UHGV virus genome: UHGV-0192366
Strand: one strand, 5' to 3'
Source of the DNA: a virus
DNA length: 35,794 bases
Shown: piece by piece, positions 25,868 through 35,255 of the stretch
Layout of the letters: each line of letters starts with the position of its first letter
Numbering within the stretch: position 1 is the stretch's first letter
Position numbers and translations under genes: made by a program
The notes under the pieces: model-generated
The model's input: only the letters and a program-made list of their open reading frames with translations
Databases searched by the model: none
What the model was told of the DNA's origin: nothing

Positions 25868-26284
25868 TTATTTTTCTTTCATCCAATTCTGAAATTCCAT
25901 TCTTACACTGTCTTTTGTGCATCTCCCTCCCATTTTTATCGCTACAGAGTCCCATGTCAGTCCTTGCATCACCTTGAACCGGATAATCCTCTGTATCCTT
26001 ACCGGAGCTTTATTGATTACTCGCTCTGCTTTTACTTTAATCCGCTTTGCGTTCAGCTTTCGTTCTTCCAACAACCGTTCCTCTTCGTCTATATTCACCG
26101 TGTTCTCTATACATCCAGAGATATTAAAGCTCTGCGGTTGGTACGGAAACTCTGGATTGCTGCCTGTCACTTTATCCTGAACAAACGTCTTTCTTCTGTG
26201 CCGTCTGATATCTTCCTCTGTCTCTTTCACAAGCGCTTTCGCATCCATGTACTCATAGATTATATTCTTATCCACCTCAATCAC
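25868..26284 (-). CDS. ArpU/RinA-like late-gene transcriptional activator (putative)
   Basis: ~135 aa gene just upstream of terS and the tRNAs. C-terminal region-4-like HTH VMQGLTWDSVAIKMG. Likely GTG start ~26275 after GGGAGGTG. Confidence 0.4.
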   Translation of the reverse strand: MIEVDKNIIYEYMDAKALVKETEEDIRRHRRKTFVQDKVTGSNPEFPYQPQSFNISGCIENTVNIDEEERLLEERKLNAKRIKVKAERVINKAPVRIQRIIRFKVMQGLTWDSVAIKMGGRCTKDSVRMEFQNWMKEK

Positions 26285-26501
26285 CTCCCGGAATTGGCTT
26301 TTTGATGTTGTACTTGCTCGCTATGTATCCTAGAGTGTCCGTATTTGTTCTGTCAGCCCTTTTAAAATCACAGGCAAATGCTTTATGCTCCTGTTGCTTT
26401 AAAGCTGTCTCGCAGGGCTTTTTCGTTGCCATATCATGTGCATCTATCTTTCGGATGACTCCTGCCGTCTCCTTTCTGCGCTTCATGGTCTCTCTTGTCA
26501 T
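26277..26501 (-). CDS. hypothetical protein (74 aa, basic)
   Basis: Clean ORF in the early operon. Confidence 0.4.
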   Translation of the reverse strand: MTRETMKRRKETAGVIRKIDAHDMATKKPCETALKQQEHKAFACDFKRADRTNTDTLGYIASKYNIKKPIPGGD

Positions 26502-27103
26502 TCCTGCATCACCTCAATTTCCTCTCCTGTCAGCTCTTCAAGCTTCTGTCGCATTTCTTCAATGGTCATTTTCTTTGGTTCTTTGCGCTCCCAGATGAGT
26601 TCGAGATTGCTTTTAACAAACACTTCTTCTATGCTTTCGAGTGATTCTGGAATAATTCTATAGACCTTGACGATATCCCCGCCTCTGTAGGTACCGTACC
26701 ACTCCAAATTATTTGTATATCCACTGATTTCATTGCGTCCGCATTCTCTTACGGCCAACCCAGCTAATACAAGATACCTATTCCCATCTCTCTGTTCAAC
26801 CACCATTCCGTCTTTTAAATCCGCTTTTGTAAATTCTTTCTGCATGTAATCACTCCATTCCAAGATTTTATAATTGTACTTTTCTGCATAAACACGAGAC
26901 GAATATTCTCCGATTCCGTAATAACACGTTCCTTCGTTGTGCACATTATAACTTGTATTTTCCAAATAACTATCACCTGTGCACCACTTCATTCCTTGCT
27001 CATGCATTCTTTCGCAAAAGTCTTTCGCTTCCTCTTCTGTCTTGCAGTGTACTGCAATCTTATTTTCTTCATTTTTAAATTCATCCCAGTTAAATTTTTT
27101 CAT
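26498..27103 (-). CDS. hypothetical phage protein (201 aa)
   Basis: Clean ORF. The 4-nt overlap with the downstream gene suggests coupling. Confidence 0.5.
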   Translation of the reverse strand: MKKFNWDEFKNEENKIAVHCKTEEEAKDFCERMHEQGMKWCTGDSYLENTSYNVHNEGTCYYGIGEYSSRVYAEKYNYKILEWSDYMQKEFTKADLKDGMVVEQRDGNRYLVLAGLAVRECGRNEISGYTNNLEWYGTYRGGDIVKVYRIIPESLESIEEVFVKSNLELIWERKEPKKMTIEEMRQKLEELTGEEIEVMQE

Positions 27104-27107
27104 CTTT

Positions 27108-27299
27108 CTACCTCACTATCTTTCGAGCTATCCAATCCAAAAACACCACAAATAGCAGTATCGGGAATCCCGCAGCCATCAGGTAATCCGCACCTTCTAG
27201 CTCTACATCCTCTTCCAATCCTGTCTTTAAAGTAATCACGGTTCCTAGCCCCAATATGTAGTAAAGGGCTAGGAATGCGATTGTAATTAAAATGTCCAT
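27108..27299 (-). CDS. small membrane protein (63 aa, two TM helices)
   Basis: ILITIAFLALYYILGLGTVITL and GFPILLFVVFLDWIA hydrophobic segments. Confidence 0.45.
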   Translation of the reverse strand: MDILITIAFLALYYILGLGTVITLKTGLEEDVELEGADYLMAAGFPILLFVVFLDWIARKIVR

Positions 27300-27300
27300 G

Positions 27301-27486
27301 TTATTCCTCCTTACCTACATACTTCTCCACAATATCTACTGCACAAGTCAGCCCATAAAGATAGCTTTCCAGCTCTTCTGCTGTTTTGTTTGCTCCGTGT
27401 CTTTTCCTTTCTTCCTTCAAGGTTTCGTAGGCGTCATTTTTCATGGATTCGATTTCTTCCACGATTTTCTCTAATGTGTTCATCAC
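27301..27486 (-). CDS. hypothetical protein (61 aa)
   Basis: Coupled ORF in the operon. Confidence 0.4.
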   Translation of the reverse strand: MMNTLEKIVEEIESMKNDAYETLKEERKRHGANKTAEELESYLYGLTCAVDIVEKYVGKEE

Positions 27487-27959
27487 TCCACCTCCAATAA
27501 TTCCGGATTATCAAAAATATTGCCGTAAACTTCAAACTCGCTTCTCTCAATGTAGAAATCTGTCAACGGCATCGGAAGGCAAAACGGTTCGCATTTACTC
27601 AACGCATCTGTTTCAATCACTTCTGTATGCCATCCAATAACTTCATCGACTCTTCTTAACGTTTCTGCATCAATAACATAAAATTTTCCAAACGAAACTT
27701 TTGATAAATCTTTGTCGTTTCCATGACCTCGTAAAATATCATTCTCCCAAATCTTCTTACCATTCTTGTCGGTCAGTCCTGTGTACTGGCAGAGGGTGTC
27801 AGGATCAATCAAGTCATTAAATATATTAGTTCCATTACAAATCAGATGTTTTATCGGTTTACCATCTTCTGTTAGCGGATTGGTAATATATGCATACTGG
27901 CCTTCCACCCATTCACCGTTATCTTTTCTCTTTGCTTTAAAAAGGATTTCTCTATTCAT
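27483..27959 (-). CDS. YopX-family phage protein
   Basis: ILFKAKRKDNGEWVEGQY...LCQYTGLTDKNGKKIWENDIL...EVYGNIFDNPELLE is a hallmark of YopX. Confidence 0.8.
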   Translation of the reverse strand: MNREILFKAKRKDNGEWVEGQYAYITNPLTEDGKPIKHLICNGTNIFNDLIDPDTLCQYTGLTDKNGKKIWENDILRGHGNDKDLSKVSFGKFYVIDAETLRRVDEVIGWHTEVIETDALSKCEPFCLPMPLTDFYIERSEFEVYGNIFDNPELLEVE

Positions 27960-28125
27960 CTTTTACCTCCACTTCATTGTCGTATTTCATACACTTTCCA
28001 TCCTTGTACGCTACACATTTCTCTTTAATACACGGATGCAACACTGGTCTAACAAAATCGCCGTTGCCAATAAGCATTGCTTTTATCTCTTCTTTTCCCG
28101 TTAAATCAGGGCAAAATAAAATCAT
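27952..28125 (-). CDS. small Cys-rich protein (57 aa from ATG ~28125)
   Basis: ATGA-type overlap with the Lar stop. CPD...C..C..C pattern. The track start at 28146 is GTG. Confidence 0.4.
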   Translation of the reverse strand: MILFCPDLTGKEEIKAMLIGNGDFVRPVLHPCIKEKCVAYKDGKCMKYDNEVEVKDE

Positions 28126-28301
28126 TCTTTCACTCTCCTGTTCCACATTCCACTAGCCGTAGTTTCTAAAGCACAATTTTGTGTTGCAACTCCGCATTCT
28201 TTGCAGTACACAAAAGCTGATATAACTTTTCCATCAAATCCGTAATTGATTTTCAGCATTGCTTCTCCACCACAAAATGGGCATTTCTTTAATTCTTCCA
28301 T
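28122..28301 (-). CDS. lar: Lar-family restriction-alleviation-like zinc-ribbon protein (59 aa)
   Basis: MEELKKCPFCGGEAMLKINYGFDGKVISAFVYCKECGVATQNCALETTASGMWNRRVKE. The CPFCGG...CxxCG signature matches the Lar family. Below the track cutoff. TAAATG junction with the upstream gene. Confidence 0.55.
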   Translation of the reverse strand: MEELKKCPFCGGEAMLKINYGFDGKVISAFVYCKECGVATQNCALETTASGMWNRRVKE

Positions 28302-28631
28302 TTATTCACTCCAATCTAATCTCTGTCCGCAATCCCAACAATAGTTTGTGTTCTGTCTTTCATTCATCATTTCTGTCAACAGACAGTTACCGCAAGTCTG
28401 ACAAGTGTAATATTTCGTTTTCTTAATTAAGCCATCACTCATTCCATTTTCCCTGGGTCTCTTCGGCAACTGCTTTTCTAATGCTTCGATTGCTACTAGA
28501 AATGCATCGACATAATTGTTATAATCACTTCTTTCTCTAGTTTTCTGCGGAAGTGAGCGCAATGTTGCATTGTACGCATCTCGCATTTTGCACATTCTCT
28601 CTATCGCTTCTCTAACTTTCTTCTCGTTCAT
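28302..28631 (-). CDS. hypothetical protein with C-terminal zinc ribbon (CQTCGN...CWDCGQ)
   Basis: Cys4 motif at the C-terminus, helical N-terminus. Confidence 0.5.
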   Translation of the reverse strand: MNEKKVREAIERMCKMRDAYNATLRSLPQKTRERSDYNNYVDAFLVAIEALEKQLPKRPRENGMSDGLIKKTKYYTCQTCGNCLLTEMMNERQNTNYCWDCGQRLDWSE

Positions 28632-28806
28632 CTAATTTTCCTCCCGTTATTTTCAACCATAAACCACTCTCTCCATCTTTTTCGTAGAGAAAATCCGTCT
28701 CTATCCCACAGACCGCCAATTCATTCATTGTCCTCACGCAATCCTCTGCATCAGCGCATTTGATCGTGTCGCCTTTTCGCAAGCGTGTTTCTTCTGTTTT
28801 TGGCAT
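28612..28806 (-). CDS. hypothetical protein (64 aa)
   Basis: ORF between the MTase and the zinc-ribbon gene. Confidence 0.4.
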   Translation of the reverse strand: MPKTEETRLRKGDTIKCADAEDCVRTMNELAVCGIETDFLYEKDGESGLWLKITGGKLDEREES

Positions 28807-28821
28807 TAGTCATTCCTCCTA

Positions 28822-30183
28822 CTACGCAAACCTAATTTGCTGCTCATCCTCATATATTTCTATGTTCGGCACCCTATTCCCGATTTTTAAATACGGGCAG
28901 TTTGCTTCTACCAGTTTCTGTGCCATGATTGGCACTACACTGTTTCCGATTCTAGCTACTTGTTTTGCGATCGGATATCTCCTGTATTTGTAATCCCTGT
29001 CAATGATGTAGTCCTCCGGAAATCCTTGCATTAATTTAAGCTCTTCCGGTTTTAACATTCTTAGGAAAATATCCTTCAGGACATACTTTTCGCCTTCGAT
29101 ATCCAGAATCACATTTACTAATCCGAAACGATCTTTTGTAGTAATCGTTGCAAGCGGATTTGAAAGTTCTTGTCCTCCGCCAGTTCCGTAATACTTAATT
29201 AAAAACGCAGATATCAATCCAAAATGTCCAGGTGATGTTGTGATTGTGTGTAAAGGTTCGTTGCATCCCTGTCCGATTCCACTTTTATAAAATTTTGTAA
29301 CAAAAGCTGTCACCAGGCCATACCTGTTTGATGTGTCGATTGTTTTAATTGGTTCTGTCAGCAACTGTCCTCTTGATTCTCCAATTTTTGTTTCTCCGTG
29401 GTATTGAATCATAAATGCAACAGCATCTTTATTTCTCACGATATAGGGAGATGGATTGTCTATTACATATTTTCTGATTCCATTTGCAATCCTTTTCATC
29501 GTTGCATCTGCCAACGGTTTTGGTCTATCAAATATTGTTTTCCCTAAATCAGACCAATCGATATATGCCCCGCATTCCTGCCATTTCGGATCTCTGGATT
29601 TAAAATTCGTCTTTTCTGGCCACACGATGTCTTTTCCATCTCTCCTGAAAATTGCATACCAGCGCTTTCTTGTAGTTGGCGCGCCATAGTCTGCCGCAAT
29701 AAGCTCCCGGCAGTCGAATATATACCCGAGACTCTTCATTGCCGCAATGAACTTCTTATAATCTTCCCCACGCCGCTCCTTAATCGGATGCCCGTTTTCA
29801 TCCAAAGGCCCCCACTGTTGGATTTCTTCCACGTTTTCCATGATAATCACATCAGGAAGAATTGCTTTTGCGTGTTTGTATACCGCCCAAGGCAAAATCC
29901 GAAGTCCTTTTTCCCTCGGCTTCCCACCTTTTGCCTTACTGTGGCTGGTGCAATCAGGACTCGCCCACATTAAAGCAACTCGCTTTCCTTTCACATATTT
30001 CTTCAAATCTACCTTGAAGATATCTTCTGTGAGATGCAATGTTTTCGGATGGTTTGTCTTGTGCATCAAAATTGCATCCGGATCGTGATTGATTGCAATA
30101 TCTACTTGTCTTCCAAGTGCCATTTCTATTCCTACGCTCGCTCCACCTCCTCCGGCGAAGCAATCTATAATCAAATTTTCCAT
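28822..30183 (-). CDS. DNA (cytosine-5)-methyltransferase, orphan, with triplicated target-recognition-like repeats (multispecific phage type)
   Basis: Motif I DCFAGGGGAS, IV SPDC, VI IIMENVEE, VIII TRKRWYAIFRR, X GNSVVP. Variable region aa ~278-360 has three repeats P(I/L)xTIxT..(Y/F)GL(V/I)xAF..K(F/Y)Y. No cognate endonuclease gene nearby. Confidence 0.85.
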   Translation of the reverse strand: MENLIIDCFAGGGGASVGIEMALGRQVDIAINHDPDAILMHKTNHPKTLHLTEDIFKVDLKKYVKGKRVALMWASPDCTSHSKAKGGKPREKGLRILPWAVYKHAKAILPDVIIMENVEEIQQWGPLDENGHPIKERRGEDYKKFIAAMKSLGYIFDCRELIAADYGAPTTRKRWYAIFRRDGKDIVWPEKTNFKSRDPKWQECGAYIDWSDLGKTIFDRPKPLADATMKRIANGIRKYVIDNPSPYIVRNKDAVAFMIQYHGETKIGESRGQLLTEPIKTIDTSNRYGLVTAFVTKFYKSGIGQGCNEPLHTITTSPGHFGLISAFLIKYYGTGGGQELSNPLATITTKDRFGLVNVILDIEGEKYVLKDIFLRMLKPEELKLMQGFPEDYIIDRDYKYRRYPIAKQVARIGNSVVPIMAQKLVEANCPYLKIGNRVPNIEIYEDEQQIRFA

Positions 30184-30257
30184 TTTCTCAGAAGCCCGGT
30201 ATACCCTTGCCCCGGCCGGAGGCTGGCTCCTTTCTATTTTCGCTTATTTTTTATAAC

Positions 30258-30746
30258 CTACTGTAAATACCTCCGCATTAATATCCGGTTTGGATTCGAT
30301 ACCGCTCTGTTGAGCCGGCAACTAGTCCGCACCCAGCCCTCGTGAAACTCCATGTAATTTGCAATGTTGCCAAAGATATCCTTGACCGAAGCTTCCTGTT
30401 TCTTTGACTCAGGCATCATATCGTTATCCTTCAGGAAGTTTTTAAACGTTTCAATGCTCGCATCTATTCCGCTCTCTTCGCTTATTGCTGCATAGATGTT
30501 CTGGATCGTAAGTCCGTATTCGATCATGTACTTAATTTCTCCCTTGTACGGTTCGTATTGTTTTCTTTTATTTTCCATCTTTCTTAACCACATCCTCTTG
30601 TTTGCTATTACCCTCTTTTTCACTTCTTTTCCGGTAATATCCTCAAGCACTCTGCAGATATGCTCATCCGAGCATCCGAGTTTTACCATCTCTTCGATTT
30701 GGAACTGGTACGGATCCAGAAAGTGTGCTGGCCTACGCATTTTCAA
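30258..30746 (-). CDS. hypothetical protein (162 aa)
   Basis: Clean ORF upstream of the MTase. Confidence 0.45.
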   Translation of the reverse strand: MKMRRPAHFLDPYQFQIEEMVKLGCSDEHICRVLEDITGKEVKKRVIANKRMWLRKMENKRKQYEPYKGEIKYMIEYGLTIQNIYAAISEESGIDASIETFKNFLKDNDMMPESKKQEASVKDIFGNIANYMEFHEGWVRTSCRLNRAVSNPNRILMRRYLQ

Positions 30747-30924
30747 CCTCTCTTTCCAGCCACTCTTTTTGGCTCTTGTACAAATTCAGGTATTTATCAC
30801 GGTTTTCTTCGTACAGATCGTTTTCTAAATCCTCATCTATTCTTGTAAGTATCATCTTCACTGCGGAGATTTCTGGCGTATCCGTTTCTCCTGTTATGCT
30901 ATTTAACTTCTCATTATTTGTCAT
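30733..30924 (-). CDS. hypothetical protein (63 aa, acidic)
   Basis: ORF overlapping the next gene start by 14 nt. Confidence 0.35.
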   Translation of the reverse strand: MTNNEKLNSITGETDTPEISAVKMILTRIDEDLENDLYEENRDKYLNLYKSQKEWLEREVENA

Positions 30925-31051
30925 TTTCCTCTCACCCTTTTCTTCCTCTTCCGCTTTGTACTGCCGTACATAAACGCTGCCATATTGCCCGGTTTGAATC
31001 CTGCAGACTGTTTTCTATGGCTGCTAAAGCTGTATTTTCCTCTGTCCATGC

Positions 31052-31630
31052 TTACTCCCTTTCTAAACTCCACCATGCTTTCACGTTCTTTCCATATCCG
31101 GTTGTCTGTATCTTTATTTTTAATTCGTTTCTTGCTTTCATAACATCTGACCGTTTGATTCCCGCTGCATCTGACTCCATGAGCAGTTTCGCTCCGTCAT
31201 ATCGTCCGCCTGCCATTTTATCTTTTAACCATTCCACCGCCTTGTCATAATCGGTCTTAGATACCTCGTTGACCTTGTCCTTAATCTTTTCCAGCTGGAT
31301 GGTGTTGGTGTTCATCTTGTTCCAGATCTTTTCAAAATTCTCCTGCATGATTCTGCGGTTCTCTAAAATCTCATCCCGGATGACTGTAAGTGCCTGTGCT
31401 GCGGTCATGCCTTTCTTTTCCGGCTCTTTTACCAGACTTCCCGGTTCAAGTCCGAGAAGTAAACACATGGTTCTTTCAAAATCTTCTGTCTGTTCCGGGT
31501 TCTTTGCCATACTGCAGACAAAAGACTTGCTTCTCCCGAGTTCCGCCGAGAATTTCTCTTTCGTCTTGCCCTGCTTTTCTAGTTCCTTGCAGAGCAAAGC
31601 GTAATTTATCGTTACTTTCTTCGGTTCCAT
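31052..31630 (-). CDS. hypothetical HTH-containing protein (192 aa)
   Basis: N-terminus INYALLCKELEKQGKTKEKFSAELGRSKSFVCSM is HTH-like. Follows the replisome organizer. Confidence 0.45.
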   Translation of the reverse strand: MEPKKVTINYALLCKELEKQGKTKEKFSAELGRSKSFVCSMAKNPEQTEDFERTMCLLLGLEPGSLVKEPEKKGMTAAQALTVIRDEILENRRIMQENFEKIWNKMNTNTIQLEKIKDKVNEVSKTDYDKAVEWLKDKMAGGRYDGAKLLMESDAAGIKRSDVMKARNELKIKIQTTGYGKNVKAWWSLERE

Positions 31631-31639
31631 AATTCCTCC

Positions 31640-32512
31640 TTAATTTGACTTCAACAACTGCTCTTCCAGAGAGTCCATGTCGTATCCTCTGCGCTCAAAG
31701 TTGTTTAGGTTTCTGCTTACTGGCGGTTTTGATTGCTTTGCATCTTTGTTTTTATAATTCCCATCCAGAATCTTTGCCATATTTGCATCATTCATCATCC
31801 AATCAAAGGTTGCCGACCAATTCCGGTTATTTTCCCCTTTCAGAAAATCACTTTCCTCTGCAAGCTCAAATCCCCTCTTAATGTCATCAATGGAATATTT
31901 TCTTAATCTTGCTTTAATTGCTCGTTTTCTTTTTTCAGATAATCGTGTTAAGCGAGGGAATGACACGCAAGTGGCATTATACATATCAGCTATTTGCTGA
32001 TAATCTACTCTATTACCTCTTATATCTCTTTCTTTATCTTTATCTTCTTCTTTATCTATATCTGTAGCGTGACTTCCCAAATTTGTCACACTTACGTCAC
32101 GTGACATTTCTGTGACACACTCAATTTTCTGTTTTTCCCTCTGTTTTTGCTTCCTAATCCGGTTCTGCTCCCTGATTTTCTCGAGGGCTTCCGCGTTCTG
32201 GTGCTCTTCCCAACCCGGAATAGTAAAAAATCCATTGTCCGTCACGATCATTTCAAGCTGCTCCAGTGATTGTAAGGCTAATTTCACGGTATTTTCCTCA
32301 AAATCAAGTTCATCAGCCAACATTTTAGGCGTGTATGGGATGTTCTGTGTCAAAAACACCATCCCGTTACTATTGCACCGCCCAGCCATGGTAAGCAGCA
32401 TTACCCAGATTAAGACAATATTGTTCCCGTCCGGTAATTTCCGCAGATGCTTGATTTTGCGATTATCAAACATGTCTGTTGTAATCTTGATCCACTTTAC
32501 CTCTGCCATCAC
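31640..32512 (-). CDS. phage replisome organizer (N-terminal phage_rep_org_N domain, DnaD-like)
   Basis: MMAEVKWIKITTDMFDNRKIKHLRKLPDGNNIVLIWVMLLTMAGRCN matches the conserved replisome-organizer N-terminus. Confidence 0.8.
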   Translation of the reverse strand: MMAEVKWIKITTDMFDNRKIKHLRKLPDGNNIVLIWVMLLTMAGRCNSNGMVFLTQNIPYTPKMLADELDFEENTVKLALQSLEQLEMIVTDNGFFTIPGWEEHQNAEALEKIREQNRIRKQKQREKQKIECVTEMSRDVSVTNLGSHATDIDKEEDKDKERDIRGNRVDYQQIADMYNATCVSFPRLTRLSEKRKRAIKARLRKYSIDDIKRGFELAEESDFLKGENNRNWSATFDWMMNDANMAKILDGNYKNKDAKQSKPPVSRNLNNFERRGYDMDSLEEQLLKSN

Positions 32513-32919
32513 TCATCCTCCGCAATATAGACCACCACGCAAGGCGTGTCCGAATATACCTTTTCAATTTCCAAACTGGTCACCTGCTTATCATCGGTGT
32601 ATGCGACTCCGTTCAGTCCATCCAGAATGATTTTTGCGATATTATCCAAGTCCGGCTTTTTATTCGGCTTTATTTCGCCTTTTAATGCTTTCTCCTTATT
32701 CTTCTTAGACCAGCTCTCTGAAATCGGAAATTTCGCTAAAATACGAACTCTCAGAGGCATCTCTGTATAAAGAACGCCTGCGCTTTGTTTATAAATCCTC
32801 GCAACTTCCTTTTCATACTTCTTGGTTTCTGGTGGCGTGTATGTAATGACCTTAAATCCAGCTCTGCGGAATTTTGGTCTTGCTTTTCCAACGGGTTTTC
32901 CCGGAATTGTAATTATCAT
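32509..32919 (-). CDS. rusA: RusA-family Holliday-junction resolvase
   Basis: GKPVGKARPKF...DLDNIAKIILDGLNGVAYTDDKQV is a canonical RusA motif. Confidence 0.85.
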   Translation of the reverse strand: MIITIPGKPVGKARPKFRRAGFKVITYTPPETKKYEKEVARIYKQSAGVLYTEMPLRVRILAKFPISESWSKKNKEKALKGEIKPNKKPDLDNIAKIILDGLNGVAYTDDKQVTSLEIEKVYSDTPCVVVYIAEDE

Positions 32920-33032
32920 TCGTTCTCCTTTCTGCTCCCGGAGTTACCGGGAGACAATGAATCTGGCTTACTTAAGGTATTTGTGACGTACTACACAGCA
33001 GCCATGAACGGGTTACAATTTATAGCAAAGGT

Positions 33033-33428
33033 TTAACCCTTACTAACATAGTGAAATTCTTGCCGGAACTGTTCTTCTGTTCCGTAGTGCTGCAAATAAT
33101 ACTCTTTGCAGCGTTTTCTTAAGTATCGGTCAACTTTCGATGCATTCTCCCCTGCCCTTGTTCCGTTTGGATGCAGATCCGGTCTCAGTGGAGCTATGAA
33201 TCCGTAATATTCCGAAAGTTCAATTTCTCTCGATGTGTGGCTAAAAATATGATGACGCTCCACTCCGTAAACTCCGGTGTACATGCAGTGATCCATGTCC
33301 TCTGTAAATATGCTCCACAGCTTCTTTGACCTGCCGGATGCTCTTTGATGACCTTTTTTCTTTTTCTTTCGCTTCGGCTTTGGGAATGCCATGTCACTGT
33401 AATCAATACTCACAGTTCGATCCCCCAT
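33033..33428 (-). CDS. hypothetical basic protein with HNH-like ERHHI motif (possible nuclease)
   Basis: KPKRKKKKKGHQRASG basic N-terminus. The VERHHIF...HPNG motif gives only weak support for a nuclease. Confidence 0.3.
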   Translation of the reverse strand: MGDRTVSIDYSDMAFPKPKRKKKKKGHQRASGRSKKLWSIFTEDMDHCMYTGVYGVERHHIFSHTSREIELSEYYGFIAPLRPDLHPNGTRAGENASKVDRYLRKRCKEYYLQHYGTEEQFRQEFHYVSKG

Positions 33429-33949
33429 TTTTGTCTAAGCTCTTCTTTTTCATCTGGGGTCAAAAGGTCTGCATCTGGTATTCCAACCTCTCTGCAATCT
33501 TCCAACACGCCTTTGATGAGTCTGCTCATTTCCTTGGTGTTATACTTGCTTGACCCTTTGTAGCATTGCAGAGTGTGTAATGTTTCAACTCTCCCTTTTA
33601 GGTCTTTTACTTCCTGTGCTCCGCGATCTATCACAATTCGGAACACTGACTGTGCCAGATAGATATCTTTTTCCCTGAGCGGTATGTACTCAAAAGCACC
33701 GTGGGATTTTAATTCATTTAGGTACGCTTGCCACCTGGTGATGTCCAACTTTTCCGCTAATTTATCGAGTAACACCCACAAATAAGAGTTCGCGTCAAGG
33801 CTTCTCTTTGCTCTGTACGGCTTTATTTCAAGCGTTAATTTCTCATAATCTTTCAGTTCATCGTAGGCTTGTCGGAAGTCCTCTACGGATTCGAATAGGA
33901 TGGTGTGGCAATCTATCAAACGACCTTTTAATCTTCCTGTAAACCTCAT
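33410..33949 (-). CDS. ninB: NinB/Orf-family recombination mediator (putative)
   Basis: YRAKRSLDANSYLWVLLDKLA resembles lambda Orf ERNRSLDQNRKLWACLGDVS. Location is downstream of the SSAP. Confidence 0.45.
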   Translation of the reverse strand: MRFTGRLKGRLIDCHTILFESVEDFRQAYDELKDYEKLTLEIKPYRAKRSLDANSYLWVLLDKLAEKLDITRWQAYLNELKSHGAFEYIPLREKDIYLAQSVFRIVIDRGAQEVKDLKGRVETLHTLQCYKGSSKYNTKEMSRLIKGVLEDCREVGIPDADLLTPDEKEELRQKWGIEL

Positions 33950-34665
33950 TATTCTTCTCCCATATTTCTCATAAGCTTTTTAAATTGCTCCACTGTCAGT
34001 TCTCGCAAACCCGACACCTTATAATGCCGACACACATTCGCTATTGTCTGCTTATGCTTCGGAATGCAAATTTCCAGTGTTTTTACCTGTGATTCGGTCA
34101 CATAGTTTTCGAGAGGTTCTTCTTGATTGGCAGGATTATAATTTCCGACATTTCTACCAAGCGAAAATACTACTTTTCCGGTTTTCTCATTTTCGATTTT
34201 CAGTGCATCTATGTTTCTTTCTTTGTCATAACCAACATAACTTACTCGGAAACGATCATAACAAGTGCTTCCATTACCATTCTGTTTCGCGGAAATTTCG
34301 CATTTATCGGATGGGATCCAAATAAACGGAGCGGTATATAACTCTCTTCCGATTCCCCAATTAAAGCAAGCTCTCTTAAAGCTGTCGGATGCAAGGCCTT
34401 TCTGTTTTTCAGTAAAGCTTTCCGTTCCTGTATCTTCTTTGGAAACCCAGATACCTTTATCATCATCCCATATACTCACGGTGCAGTTTGCGTTGTCTCT
34501 GCTATGTTCTCTTTTCCAATTTAACTTTCCAACAGTTTCATCCAAGATATTCATATCGCACCTTGCATCTTTGTATAGTAATAGTGATATCCCATTACTC
34601 TTCACCGTTGCGATACGACATTCAATCTCGTTCGCTTTTAATGTTCTGAACTCCATATTTCTCAC
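33949..34665 (-). CDS. single-strand annealing protein, Rad52/Sak-like (putative)
   Basis: Position between Gp157 and NinB as in Sfi21-like recombination modules. The N-terminal beta-rich region is compatible with the Rad52 fold. Family assignment unverified. Confidence 0.4.
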   Translation of the reverse strand: MRNMEFRTLKANEIECRIATVKSNGISLLLYKDARCDMNILDETVGKLNWKREHSRDNANCTVSIWDDDKGIWVSKEDTGTESFTEKQKGLASDSFKRACFNWGIGRELYTAPFIWIPSDKCEISAKQNGNGSTCYDRFRVSYVGYDKERNIDALKIENEKTGKVVFSLGRNVGNYNPANQEEPLENYVTESQVKTLEICIPKHKQTIANVCRHYKVSGLRELTVEQFKKLMRNMGEE

Positions 34666-35130
34666 CTACCGAATCTGAATATTATTGTTCTGTACCAATA
34701 CAACTCCAGATAACTCAACACCATCTTTCAGTGCCTTTTTCACCTTTGTTTTATCAACCTCAGGATCAGCAAATTTCAAGTATTCCTTGTCCAGTTTTGA
34801 AACATCTTGCACCTCTACACTCTCTGATTTTCGATAAGAGATGCTGACTCTTGCTGTTTTGAATTTCTCGCCACACAGGTAGCCAGACAGGTATTCTTTT
34901 AGATTTCTTGCCTTGTTTTCACATGATTTCTGGCGGTCAGCCAGTTTATTTTTCTCTGCCTTGATTGCTTCTGCATCAGATAAGAGGTTTTTGATCCAGA
35001 GAGCAATTCCCTCTACCTTTTTGTCAAAATCCATCTGCAACTGTGCCAGCTTTTCCGGGTCGATAATCTCGCCTGTTTCCTGATCTACACAATCTAAAAT
35101 CTCTTCGTCAATCTCGTATAATGTTGCCAT
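34666..35130 (-). CDS. Siphovirus Gp157-family protein
   Basis: MATLYEIDEEI...AEAIKAEKNKLADRQKSCENKARNLKEYL closely follows the Sipho_Gp157 consensus. GGAGG RBS. Confidence 0.75.
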   Translation of the reverse strand: MATLYEIDEEILDCVDQETGEIIDPEKLAQLQMDFDKKVEGIALWIKNLLSDAEAIKAEKNKLADRQKSCENKARNLKEYLSGYLCGEKFKTARVSISYRKSESVEVQDVSKLDKEYLKFADPEVDKTKVKKALKDGVELSGVVLVQNNNIQIR

Positions 35131-35255
35131 TTGTTATTTCCTCCATAAAATTGCAATAATTCTGATAGTGCCTTTTGCGCACCCTAAAATATCTGTCTTT
35201 TTCAGCCGCTTCTTGATCTGTTATTTCTTCCAGTTCTTCTGTATATCCGTACATA

